Source: Candidatus Nanopusillus sp.
GTDB taxonomy: Archaea; Nanobdellota; Nanobdellia; Nanobdellales; Nanobdellaceae
Length of the DNA: 32,000 bases
Reading direction: 5' to 3'
Assembly: GCA_049414405.1 (NCBI GenBank)
Contig: JBMSAQ010000022.1
Location: 1-32,000 of the forward strand
Position 1 is the stretch's first letter. Every line of letters starts with the position of its first letter. Of this stretch, positions 16,216 through 23,613 are shown piece after piece. A model generated the notes under the pieces. The model searched no databases. It was not told the DNA's origin and worked only from the letters and a program-made list of their open reading frames with translations. Made by a program: the position numbers and the translations under genes.

Positions 16216-17144
16216 AATATAAAATAATAAATATAATTAAAGATTTGGAAAAATTTTCTCCAAGGAATAATGAAGAATCTCTAAATAATATATCTAAATA
16301 CATAAAAGAAAATTTAGAGAAAGTTGGAATAGATTTTTTTGATCAATATTTTAAAGTTTCTATACCATTTGATGAAGGATCATATATTTTATTAGATAAT
16401 GGAGAAAAAATAATTGGAAAGGCAAATTCTTTTGTTTCTGGATATTTTGAAGAGAAAAATATATATTCAAGTCAAAATATAGATCAAGAAATACGTATAC
16501 CGCATATAAATTATAACCAATATTATGATGCATTTTCTGGAGTAATTTTCTATGATTTCCCAGTAATAAATATAAAAAAATCAGACTTAATTAAGATTAT
16601 AAATTCAGAAGAAATAAAGGTTTATGTTAATGTAAAAAGAAAATTAATAAAAACAGAAAACATATTAGTTGGAAATATAAAAAATCCAAAAAACATAATT
16701 TTTACACATTTTGATACGATATTTAATGGAGCTTTAGATAATTCTTCAGGCATAGCAACCTTGTTATATGGGGTAATGAATAATAAAATAAATATTAATG
16801 AAAATTTAATAGTATTTTCCGGTTGTGAAGAATTATCATACGATAGACCATATTATTGGGGACATGGCTATAGAGTTTTTGAATATGAATATAAAGAGAT
16901 ATTAGAAAAAAGTAAAAAGATTATAGCATACGATATGCTTGGACATTCAAAACCAATATTAACGAAAGATTATATTAAAGAAGCATTTCCAATAATGTCT
17001 GAATATTTATATGAAAAATCTATACTTATATCAGAATCTAATAACGATTGGATAAAATTTTATCACTCTGATGCGGATACAATTGATAAAATAAATGAAG
17101 ATTATATTGAAGAGGGTTTGAATCTATTATTAAAAATTTTATAA
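16212..17144 (+). CDS. M28-family metallopeptidase (aminopeptidase-like)
   Basis: The co-catalytic zinc ligand set is present in order: FTHFDT, GALDNSSGIATLL, SGCEELSY, AYDMLGH, FYHSDADTIDKI. Confidence 0.75.
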   Translation: MKYKIINIIKDLEKFSPRNNEESLNNISKYIKENLEKVGIDFFDQYFKVSIPFDEGSYILLDNGEKIIGKANSFVSGYFEEKNIYSSQNIDQEIRIPHINYNQYYDAFSGVIFYDFPVINIKKSDLIKIINSEEIKVYVNVKRKLIKTENILVGNIKNPKNIIFTHFDTIFNGALDNSSGIATLLYGVMNNKININENLIVFSGCEELSYDRPYYWGHGYRVFEYEYKEILEKSKKIIAYDMLGHSKPILTKDYIKEAFPIMSEYLYEKSILISESNNDWIKFYHSDADTIDKINEDYIEEGLNLLLKIL

Positions 17145-17202
17145 ATTTTCAGTTTGCCCATCAATCATCATTATTCAGATCGTTGATCCATCATCATCTT
17201 TC
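17145..17202 (-). ncRNA. C/D box sRNA (2'-O-methylation guide)
   Basis: On the minus strand the C box AUGAUGA lies at 17197-17191. The 12-nt guide UGGAUCAACGAU follows, then D' CUGA (17178-17175) and the spacer AUA. Next come C' AUGAUGA (17171-17165), the 12-nt guide UUGAUGGGCAAA and D CUGA (17152-17149). All four boxes are perfect and the 7+12+4+3+7+12+4 architecture is canonical for archaea. The outer ends are approximate. Confidence 0.8.
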
Positions 17203-17210
17203 TAGAAATA

Positions 17211-17235
17211 TTATTTTTAAATCTATTTATAATTT
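17211..17235. promoter_or_regulatory. putative back-to-back TATA elements (rps17 operon on +, C/D sRNA on -)
   Basis: ATTTTTAAAT (17213-17222) is centred about 27 nt upstream of the rps17 ATG, which suggests a leaderless mRNA. On the minus strand, ATTATAAATA (17233-17224) lies 27-36 nt upstream of the C box. Confidence 0.35.
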
Positions 17236-17244
17236 AATCATAAA

Positions 17245-17580
17245 ATGGTACAGAAGACTTATGTTAAGGATATTGGAATTGAAGGTATAAATCCACCAGA
17301 AAAGGTATGTGATGATAAAAAGTGTCCGTGGCATGGAGAAATAAGGATTAGAGGATTCTTATTTGAAGGAAAAGTTGAGAGAATTAGGAGAAGAACAGCA
17401 TTAGTAACCTTTTATAGATATTATTATGTTCCAAAATATGAAAGATATATGATAAAAAGATCGAAAATTAAAGCTCATGTTCCAAAATGTTTGGATATAA
17501 AGGAAGGGGATGAAGTTATTATTGGAGAAACAAGGCCATTGTCAAAGACAATAAACTTTGTTGTAATTAGTAAAAAATGA
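17245..17580 (+). CDS. rps17: 30S ribosomal protein S17 (uS17)
   Basis: CPWHGEIRIRGFLFEGKV... and IGETRPLSKT are typical of archaeal S17. Confidence 0.92.
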   Translation: MVQKTYVKDIGIEGINPPEKVCDDKKCPWHGEIRIRGFLFEGKVERIRRRTALVTFYRYYYVPKYERYMIKRSKIKAHVPKCLDIKEGDEVIIGETRPLSKTINFVVISKK

Positions 17581-17981
17581 AACCAATTAGTGCAAAAGTA
17601 ACTAGAGGAATTACTGTTGGTACTGTTTTAAAGGTTGCAGATAATTCGAAGGCAAAATTAGCAAAAGTGATTGCTGTAATTGGATATAAAGGCGTAAAGA
17701 GAAGGTATGCAAGAGCAGGAGTTGCTGATATGGTTTCTGTATCAATAATAGACGGTGATTTATCATTAGTTGGAAAGGTAATGAAAGCAATTATAATTAG
17801 GCAAAGAAAGGAATATAGAAGGAAAGATGGTACAAGAATAAAGTTTGAGGATAATGCATGTGTAATTATAAAAGATGAAAAAACTGGAACGCCAGCAGGT
17901 ACAATTATTAGAGGACCAGTAGCAAGAGAAGTTGTTGAAAGATGGCCTGAAATTGGAAAAATAGCAAGTATGATTGTATAA
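17577..17981 (+). CDS. rpl14: 50S ribosomal protein L14 (uL14)
   Basis: VLKVADNSKAK...IIRQRKEYRRKDGTRIKFEDNACVII matches uL14. It overlaps rps17 by ATGA. Confidence 0.95.
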   Translation: MKPISAKVTRGITVGTVLKVADNSKAKLAKVIAVIGYKGVKRRYARAGVADMVSVSIIDGDLSLVGKVMKAIIIRQRKEYRRKDGTRIKFEDNACVIIKDEKTGTPAGTIIRGPVAREVVERWPEIGKIASMIV

Positions 17982-17982
17982 A

Positions 17983-18507
17983 ATGGTTCTAAAAATGAAA
18001 AATATCGATTATGAAGATTGGAGTGCATCTTGGAAATCTTCTAGAAGCTCTAGAAAACAAAGAAAATATATAATTAATGCACCTCTACATATTAGAGGTA
18101 AATTAATTTCTTCAATGTTATCAAAGGATATAAAAAATCTAATTAATATAAATTCCCTACCTTTAAGGGTTGGAGATTATGTTAAAGTTTTAAGAGGTAA
18201 ATATAGAAATACTGAAGGATTTGTAATTTATATAGATAGAAAAAGATATAAGGTATATGTGGATAATGTTAAATTTACAAATAAGGCAAATAGAGAAGTA
18301 TATAGACCTCTTCATAGTTCAAAATTATTAATATTAAGGTTGAATTTAAAAGATAAAAAGAGAATAGAAATTATAAAGAGAAAAATGAGAACAAAAAACA
18401 TTGAAGAAAACAAAATAGAAGAATTAATAAATCAATTAATAAATAATTTTTCACTAAAGGAAGATGAATTGGCAAAAGTAATGGAAATGAACAAAAAATT
18501 TAAATAA
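17983..18507 (+). CDS. rpl24: 50S ribosomal protein L24 (uL24) with C-terminal Lys/Glu-rich extension
   Basis: KOW motif LRVGDYVKVLRGKYRNTEGFVIYIDRKRYKVYVDNV. I placed the start at ATG 17983, 2 nt after the rpl14 stop; the track start at 17974 is a TTG. Confidence 0.85.
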   Translation: MVLKMKNIDYEDWSASWKSSRSSRKQRKYIINAPLHIRGKLISSMLSKDIKNLININSLPLRVGDYVKVLRGKYRNTEGFVIYIDRKRYKVYVDNVKFTNKANREVYRPLHSSKLLILRLNLKDKKRIEIIKRKMRTKNIEENKIEELINQLINNFSLKEDELAKVMEMNKKFK

Positions 18508-18544
18508 GAAAATATTTTAAAAATAATTATCAAAAAATAATAAA

Positions 18545-19276
18545 ATGGCTCATGTTTCCAATAAAAGACATCTAAGAAATATTACAATACCAAAAACATG
18601 GCCAATAAGTAGAAAGAAATATTATTGGATTATTAGGCCATCAACAAACGGATATAAATTTGAATATAGTATGCCAATATTATTATGGTTAAGGGATTAT
18701 TTGAAAATTGTAAAAAATAAGAAAGAAGCAAAATATTTATTAAGAAATGGAAAAGTTTTGGTAAATAATAAGAAAATAAAAGATTTGGGATATAATGTCG
18801 GTCTATTCGATGTTATATCGGTAAAAGATTTAAATAAAAATTATAGAGTTGTCATGTCTAATAATTTAAAATTAAAATTAGTTGAAATTTCTGAACAAGA
18901 AAAAGATTTGAAAATAATAAAAATTGTTAGGAAGAATCTTGTTAAAGATGGAAAAATACAAATTACCGGAATTGATGGTAGAAATTTTATAATTGATGAT
19001 AAGGATATAAAAACAGGAGATAGTATTTTATTTAATACAAAAGAAAATAAAATAGAAAAGATAATAAAAATGAATAAAGGAAATCTAATATACATATTCT
19101 ATGGAGCAAAAGTAGGTGTTATTGGAAAATTAGAAAATATAAAGATATTTAGAAAACCTTTTGGACATACAAAATTTATAGAATATATAAATATGGATAG
19201 TAACAAGAGAGAAGAAACAATATTTGAGTATTCTATTGTAATAGGCGAAGATAAACCTTTAATTACTGTAAGATGA
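18545..19276 (+). CDS. rps4e: 30S ribosomal protein S4e (eS4)
   Basis: The N-terminus MAHVSNKRHLRNITIPKTWPISRKKYYWIIRPS is typical of S4e, and S4 and KOW regions follow. Confidence 0.93.
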   Translation: MAHVSNKRHLRNITIPKTWPISRKKYYWIIRPSTNGYKFEYSMPILLWLRDYLKIVKNKKEAKYLLRNGKVLVNNKKIKDLGYNVGLFDVISVKDLNKNYRVVMSNNLKLKLVEISEQEKDLKIIKIVRKNLVKDGKIQITGIDGRNFIIDDKDIKTGDSILFNTKENKIEKIIKMNKGNLIYIFYGAKVGVIGKLENIKIFRKPFGHTKFIEYINMDSNKREETIFEYSIVIGEDKPLITVR

Positions 19277-19803
19277 ACTCTAATAAAAGTAATATAATGA
19301 GAAGAATTATTATAGATAAAGTTACAATAAATATCGGAGTAGGTAAACCTGGTGAACCATTGGAAAAAGCAGAAAAATTATTAAAAAAGATGTTCTCAGA
19401 TCTAAAACCTGTTAGGACAAAGGCAAAGAAAAGAGTACAAGCTTGGGGAATAAGGCCAGGATTGGAAATTGGGATTAAGTTAACAATAAGGGGTAAAAGG
19501 GCTGAAGAAACATTAAGATGGTTGTTGAAAGCTGTGAATAATACACTAAAAGAATCACAATTCGACAAGTATGGAAACTTTGGATTTGGAATAAAAGAAT
19601 ATGTATGGATACCAGGTATGAAATATGACCCATCAATTGGAATATATGGTATGGATGTTATAGTGACTGTCAGGAGACCTGGATATAGAATAATTTACAG
19701 AAGAATTAAGAGGTCAAAAATGCCAGAAAGACATAGAACTACAAAAGAGGAAGTTATAGAATATTTAAAAAATAATTTTGGTGTAAATATTGTAAAAGAA
19801 TAA
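19273..19803 (+). CDS. rpl5: 50S ribosomal protein L5 (uL5)
   Basis: IDKVTINIGVGKPGE...GNFGFGIKEY...DPSIGIYGMDV matches uL5. It overlaps rps4e by ATGA. Confidence 0.93.
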   Translation: MNSNKSNIMRRIIIDKVTINIGVGKPGEPLEKAEKLLKKMFSDLKPVRTKAKKRVQAWGIRPGLEIGIKLTIRGKRAEETLRWLLKAVNNTLKESQFDKYGNFGFGIKEYVWIPGMKYDPSIGIYGMDVIVTVRRPGYRIIYRRIKRSKMPERHRTTKEEVIEYLKNNFGVNIVKE

Positions 19804-19834
19804 TTTTTAATACTTTTTATAATATAAAGATAAA

Positions 19835-20368
19835 ATGAGACTCTCAATTATGATAGATTATGTAGAAATACCAAATGGTGTAAATGTATCAATAGAAGAC
19901 GGAAAAATATATGTAAAGGGACCTAAAGGAGAAAAATACAGAAATATAAATAACAGAAATATTGTTATCGAAATAAAAGAAAATAAGATAATATTTAAAG
20001 CATATTTTCCTTCAAAGAAAATAATTAAGGATATGAATACAATGGTTGCTCATATAAGAAACGATATTGAAGGTGTAACAAAAGGTTTTGTATATAAATT
20101 AAAGGGTGTTTCAATACACTTTCCATTGAAATTAAAATTACAAAATAATAAGTTAATAATTGAAAATTATTTGGGTGGAAGAGATATAAAGGAAATAGAA
20201 ATACCTAGAGGAGTAAAAGTAACATTGAATGAAAATGAAATTACATTGGAAGGACATGATATAGAATTATTAGGAAATTTAGCTGGATTGATAGAAAATT
20301 CAGTAAAGCCAAAAGAAAAGGATTTAAGAAAGTTTCAAGACGGAATTTATATTATTCAAAAACCATGA
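19835..20368 (+). CDS. rpl6: 50S ribosomal protein L6 (uL6)
   Basis: VEIPNGVNVSIEDGKIYVKGPKGE and the duplicated L6 domain pattern are present. An alternative start is ATG 19850. Confidence 0.92.
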   Translation: MRLSIMIDYVEIPNGVNVSIEDGKIYVKGPKGEKYRNINNRNIVIEIKENKIIFKAYFPSKKIIKDMNTMVAHIRNDIEGVTKGFVYKLKGVSIHFPLKLKLQNNKLIIENYLGGRDIKEIEIPRGVKVTLNENEITLEGHDIELLGNLAGLIENSVKPKEKDLRKFQDGIYIIQKP

Positions 20369-20742
20369 TGAACAAATTATTAAAATTAAGAAAAATAATT
20401 AAGAGGAAAAAACCAGATTATCTTAGATTTCAGTGGTGGAAAGTAATAAAATTGAGAAACAAAAAAGAATCTTGGAGAAGACCAAGGGGTATACATAATA
20501 AGGTAGGGAAAAAATTGAAAAGTAGAGTTTCTATGGTGGAAGTTGGATATGGTTCTCCTAAAGAAGTGAAAGGGTTATTACCAAATGGTAAGAAACCTGT
20601 ATTAGTACATAATGTAGAAGAATTAGAAAAAATAGATAAAGAAAAAGAATGTGCAATAATTGCTTCTAGTGTTGGAAAAAGAAAAAGAGAACAAATAATA
20701 AATAGGGCAAAAGAACTAAATATTGAAATTTTTAATATCTAA
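20365..20742 (+). CDS. rpl32e: 50S ribosomal protein L32e (eL32)
   Basis: SWRRPRGIHNKVGKK and GYGSPKEVKGLLPNG are L32e signatures. It overlaps rpl6 by ATGA. Confidence 0.92.
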   Translation: MMNKLLKLRKIIKRKKPDYLRFQWWKVIKLRNKKESWRRPRGIHNKVGKKLKSRVSMVEVGYGSPKEVKGLLPNGKKPVLVHNVEELEKIDKEKECAIIASSVGKRKREQIINRAKELNIEIFNI

Positions 20743-21281
20743 TGTTTGTATAATTTGAAGTAATCTAGTATAAAATTTCTTATTTTTTCAGAACTATTAT
20801 ACAAATCTCTTCCAGATATATCTATTAATTTCTTTTTTCCTCTGACTTTTTCTAGATTAGATTTCATTGAACTTAGCACATTTGAAAAACCCAACCTTAA
20901 TAAAATTTTTTCAATTCTATTAGCTTTATTTATATCGAAATCTTTAAATTCTTCTACATTATGAAAACTTTCTATACTTACATCCAAATCGCCAACAGAT
21001 GTATTTATGTTATAAGCATTAATTATTATTGTTAGCTCAATTTTCCAATTAATTTTCGGTTCTTCTTTCCAATAATTTTTATAAGCTTCCCATTTGGCTT
21101 CTACAAACAACAAACCTTCTGGAGTTAATCTATGAAAATAGTATTTTTCATATCTATCTTTTTTAAATATTCCTTCCCATTCATTGCTTTCAAGAAATTT
21201 TTTGAATTTTTCATAAAAATCTTGCGGAATAAATTTTATTTTTGATTTTACTCTCGCTTTATATATTGTTTCCCAAGTCAT
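20739..21281 (-). CDS. hypothetical protein (possible paralogue of upstream neighbour)
   Basis: 180-aa ORF whose start overlaps the stop of the 161-aa ORF by 4 nt. I recognise no family. Confidence 0.55.
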   Translation of the reverse strand: MTWETIYKARVKSKIKFIPQDFYEKFKKFLESNEWEGIFKKDRYEKYYFHRLTPEGLLFVEAKWEAYKNYWKEEPKINWKIELTIIINAYNINTSVGDLDVSIESFHNVEEFKDFDINKANRIEKILLRLGFSNVLSSMKSNLEKVRGKKKLIDISGRDLYNSSEKIRNFILDYFKLYKH

Positions 21282-21763
21282 AATTTAAATGATGCTGTAA
21301 AGTCTTTTGCTAAATCTAGAAAATCATCTGCAATTTTTCCAACATTTTTTTTATGATCTTTTAATTCACTGTCATATAAATATTTTTCAAATAATCCTCT
21401 AAGAAATATATTAAATGGTTTATCTCCAAAATATTTCTGATAATCTGTTATTAGATCTCCATTTATTTTTATATTTAAATTTTCTGCATATTGTTTCATA
21501 TTGTCAATTAATTTTAAACTGTCTACGCTAATACTTATATCATAACTATATGTTACATAGTCGGTTATTTTCTTTTCTGTGTGCCACTCTAAATTTATAG
21601 ATCTAGAACCATCATCTTTTACCTTTTCTTCATGTTTATTTTCAAGGAAGTCAAATCCTTTATTATCCCAAAATTCTTTCAATGATTTATAGAATTTTTG
21701 AAAATCAATTAGTCCAGTATACGAGAATGTTTTACCATCAACAATTCTTTCCTTTGGTGGCAT
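21278..21763 (-). CDS. hypothetical protein
   Basis: 161-aa ORF and first gene of a two-gene unit. I recognise no family. Confidence 0.55.
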   Translation of the reverse strand: MPPKERIVDGKTFSYTGLIDFQKFYKSLKEFWDNKGFDFLENKHEEKVKDDGSRSINLEWHTEKKITDYVTYSYDISISVDSLKLIDNMKQYAENLNIKINGDLITDYQKYFGDKPFNIFLRGLFEKYLYDSELKDHKKNVGKIADDFLDLAKDFTASFKL

Positions 21764-21807
21764 AATAAATAAAAAAACTTTAATAATTAAAAGTTAAACT
21801 TTCTATA

Positions 21808-22194
21808 ATGTATAAGGTAATATCTTTTTTGTATAGGCTAAGAGAGAAGAGTGGTTTAATTATAATTGTAGAAGGTAAGAAAGATAAAGAAGTATTAAAA
21901 GAGTTTGGATTTAATAATGTATATACAATATATGAATTGAAAAAGGATGGTCGGGTATTTTTAAATTATAGAGAGGCAATTATATTAACAGATAATGATA
22001 GTAAAGGAAGAATGTTATATAAATATGTAAGAAATTTATTAGAATCTGATGGGATAATTGTAAATGATATTGAAAGGAGAAAATTCTTTAAATATTTTAG
22101 AGTAAGAGAAGTTGAAGATTTAAGGAAACATATTGAGAAAATAAAGTTTTATATTAATTATTTTGAGAATCTAGAGAAAATTTTGTACTCTTGA
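21808..22194 (+). CDS. small Toprim-domain protein (COG1658 / RNase M5-like)
   Basis: LIIIVEGKKDKEVLKEFGF supplies the conserved Glu and AIILTDNDSKGRMLY supplies the DxD motif, in a 128-aa protein. Confidence 0.65.
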   Translation: MYKVISFLYRLREKSGLIIIVEGKKDKEVLKEFGFNNVYTIYELKKDGRVFLNYREAIILTDNDSKGRMLYKYVRNLLESDGIIVNDIERRKFFKYFRVREVEDLRKHIEKIKFYINYFENLEKILYS

Positions 22195-23545
22195 TTTTCT
22201 TGATTGGGTAGGATGAAGGGTTTTTAATCAATGAACAGATATTATCTGGAGTACATACTCCAATATCTTTATAATATATTTCATTATTGCAATTTGGAGT
22301 TAAATATTTTTTATTATTTTTATATAATTTTTTGTGCCATTCTAGTTGATATTCTATATATCTATCTTTTAACGGATCTTGTAAACTTTCATTCCACTCT
22401 TTTATATATTTTTCAATTTTATTCCAATCCCACCCAATATTTGCGAAGAAATTTATTAATATAAATAGAGATCTTTTTCTACCATCATCCATTTCTTTAT
22501 TGTTTAATATATTTTTTATACATGGGGGAAATAAATCTTCATTTATTTTTATTTTTCTTTTCTTTATTTCTTCTACATCTTTTTTTATTTCTTCAAATCC
22601 TTCCTGATTTTTGTAATTTTCTGCTAATTTGCTAAATTTTATTATTTCAAATTCATTTTTTATTTTCCATAATAATGAATCATTGATTAATTTTTTTAAT
22701 TCCTTAGATTCTTTTCTTTCTAAATCTTCGGTTAAATATGGTATGCCTTCATACGAATAATTGTTTATATTAGAATCTTCGGGATTTAACTTTTTTATAT
22801 AATTCTCTTTTATCGGTATGGATAAATTTTCCGTTTTTTCATTTATCGAATATAAGCATCTAATTAAGTGTCTTGATGATATTAATACTGTATCTATTTC
22901 AATAATATCATATGGATTAAATTCTTCTATATCATTTACCCCATATTCTTTTAATTCATCTTCACTAAATTTTAATAATATTACCTTCTTTAATTTTTCT
23001 TCTATTTCTTTTGATATATATGATGCTAAGATTCTTGCAAGATCAGGGAATAATTTCCTAGTTTCTTCTTCTACAAGATTATCTTTTTTGTATACATTTA
23101 TTATTTCTGGAAATATTTCCCAAGGAATTGCTATATGAAAACCTTTTCCCCCAGAATATTTTATATATACGGGATTAATATTTTTTTCTTTTAAGTAATC
23201 AAATATAATCCTTGCAGCAATTTTAGATAGATCTAAAGATTTTGCATCTATATCTATTATGAAATCCCATCCTAATCTATATTCATTTAAATCCTTTTTT
23301 GAAACTTTCTCACTTAAAATATTTAAATCAACCCATCTTTCAATCGATATATGAAATGAAATAGCACCTTTTTTGATATAATTTATTATATCTTCTTTTG
23401 TTTCTATTTTTGATGGCCTATGTCCAAAATTATTATTTGATAATAAATATCCAACTTCTCTATTTTGTGAAATTTTTACCATATCTTCCAAAATCTCTTT
23501 GTTATTTTGATAAAATTTAATTAAATCATTTATCATTATGCTCAT
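22154..23545 (-). CDS. DNA primase, single-chain fusion of the PriS catalytic domain and the PriL Fe-S C-terminal domain
   Basis: AEP motifs are WDFIIDIDA (DxD), YSGGKGFHIAIPW and IEIDTVLISSRHLIRCLYSINEKT. These are followed by LFPPCIKNIL...GRKRSLFILINFF...YLTPNCNN...GVCTPDNICSLIKNP, the four-Cys PriL-CTD pattern. Confidence 0.85.
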   Translation of the reverse strand: MSIMINDLIKFYQNNKEILEDMVKISQNREVGYLLSNNNFGHRPSKIETKEDIINYIKKGAISFHISIERWVDLNILSEKVSKKDLNEYRLGWDFIIDIDAKSLDLSKIAARIIFDYLKEKNINPVYIKYSGGKGFHIAIPWEIFPEIINVYKKDNLVEEETRKLFPDLARILASYISKEIEEKLKKVILLKFSEDELKEYGVNDIEEFNPYDIIEIDTVLISSRHLIRCLYSINEKTENLSIPIKENYIKKLNPEDSNINNYSYEGIPYLTEDLERKESKELKKLINDSLLWKIKNEFEIIKFSKLAENYKNQEGFEEIKKDVEEIKKRKIKINEDLFPPCIKNILNNKEMDDGRKRSLFILINFFANIGWDWNKIEKYIKEWNESLQDPLKDRYIEYQLEWHKKLYKNNKKYLTPNCNNEIYYKDIGVCTPDNICSLIKNPSSYPIKKIKSTKFSLDSQNN

Positions 23546-23583
23546 AATAATTTTTTATTGTAAAAAAATAAAAATTACAAAAG

Positions 23584-23602
23584 TTTATAAAAATTTATAA
23601 AA
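23584..23602 (+). promoter_or_regulatory. putative TATA box(es) for rpo7
   Basis: TTTATAAAA occurs twice in tandem (23584-23592 and 23594-23602). The first copy is centred about 26 nt upstream of the ATG at 23614, which suggests a leaderless transcript. Confidence 0.35.
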
Positions 23603-23613
23603 TCATTCTAATA

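Noticed and set aside
17567-18028. A 153-aa ORF antisense to rpl14. Similar antisense ORFs occur at 19263-19568, 18841-19095, 12360-12623, 10778-11192, 13725-13982, 22231-23138, 24788-25616 and 26272-26493. More occur at 4353-4574, 5461-6022, 874-1107, 1972-2160 and 31514-31708.
   Set aside because: All are mirror-frame artefacts of confidently identified genes on the other strand. None has a recognisable family or its own promoter or SD context.
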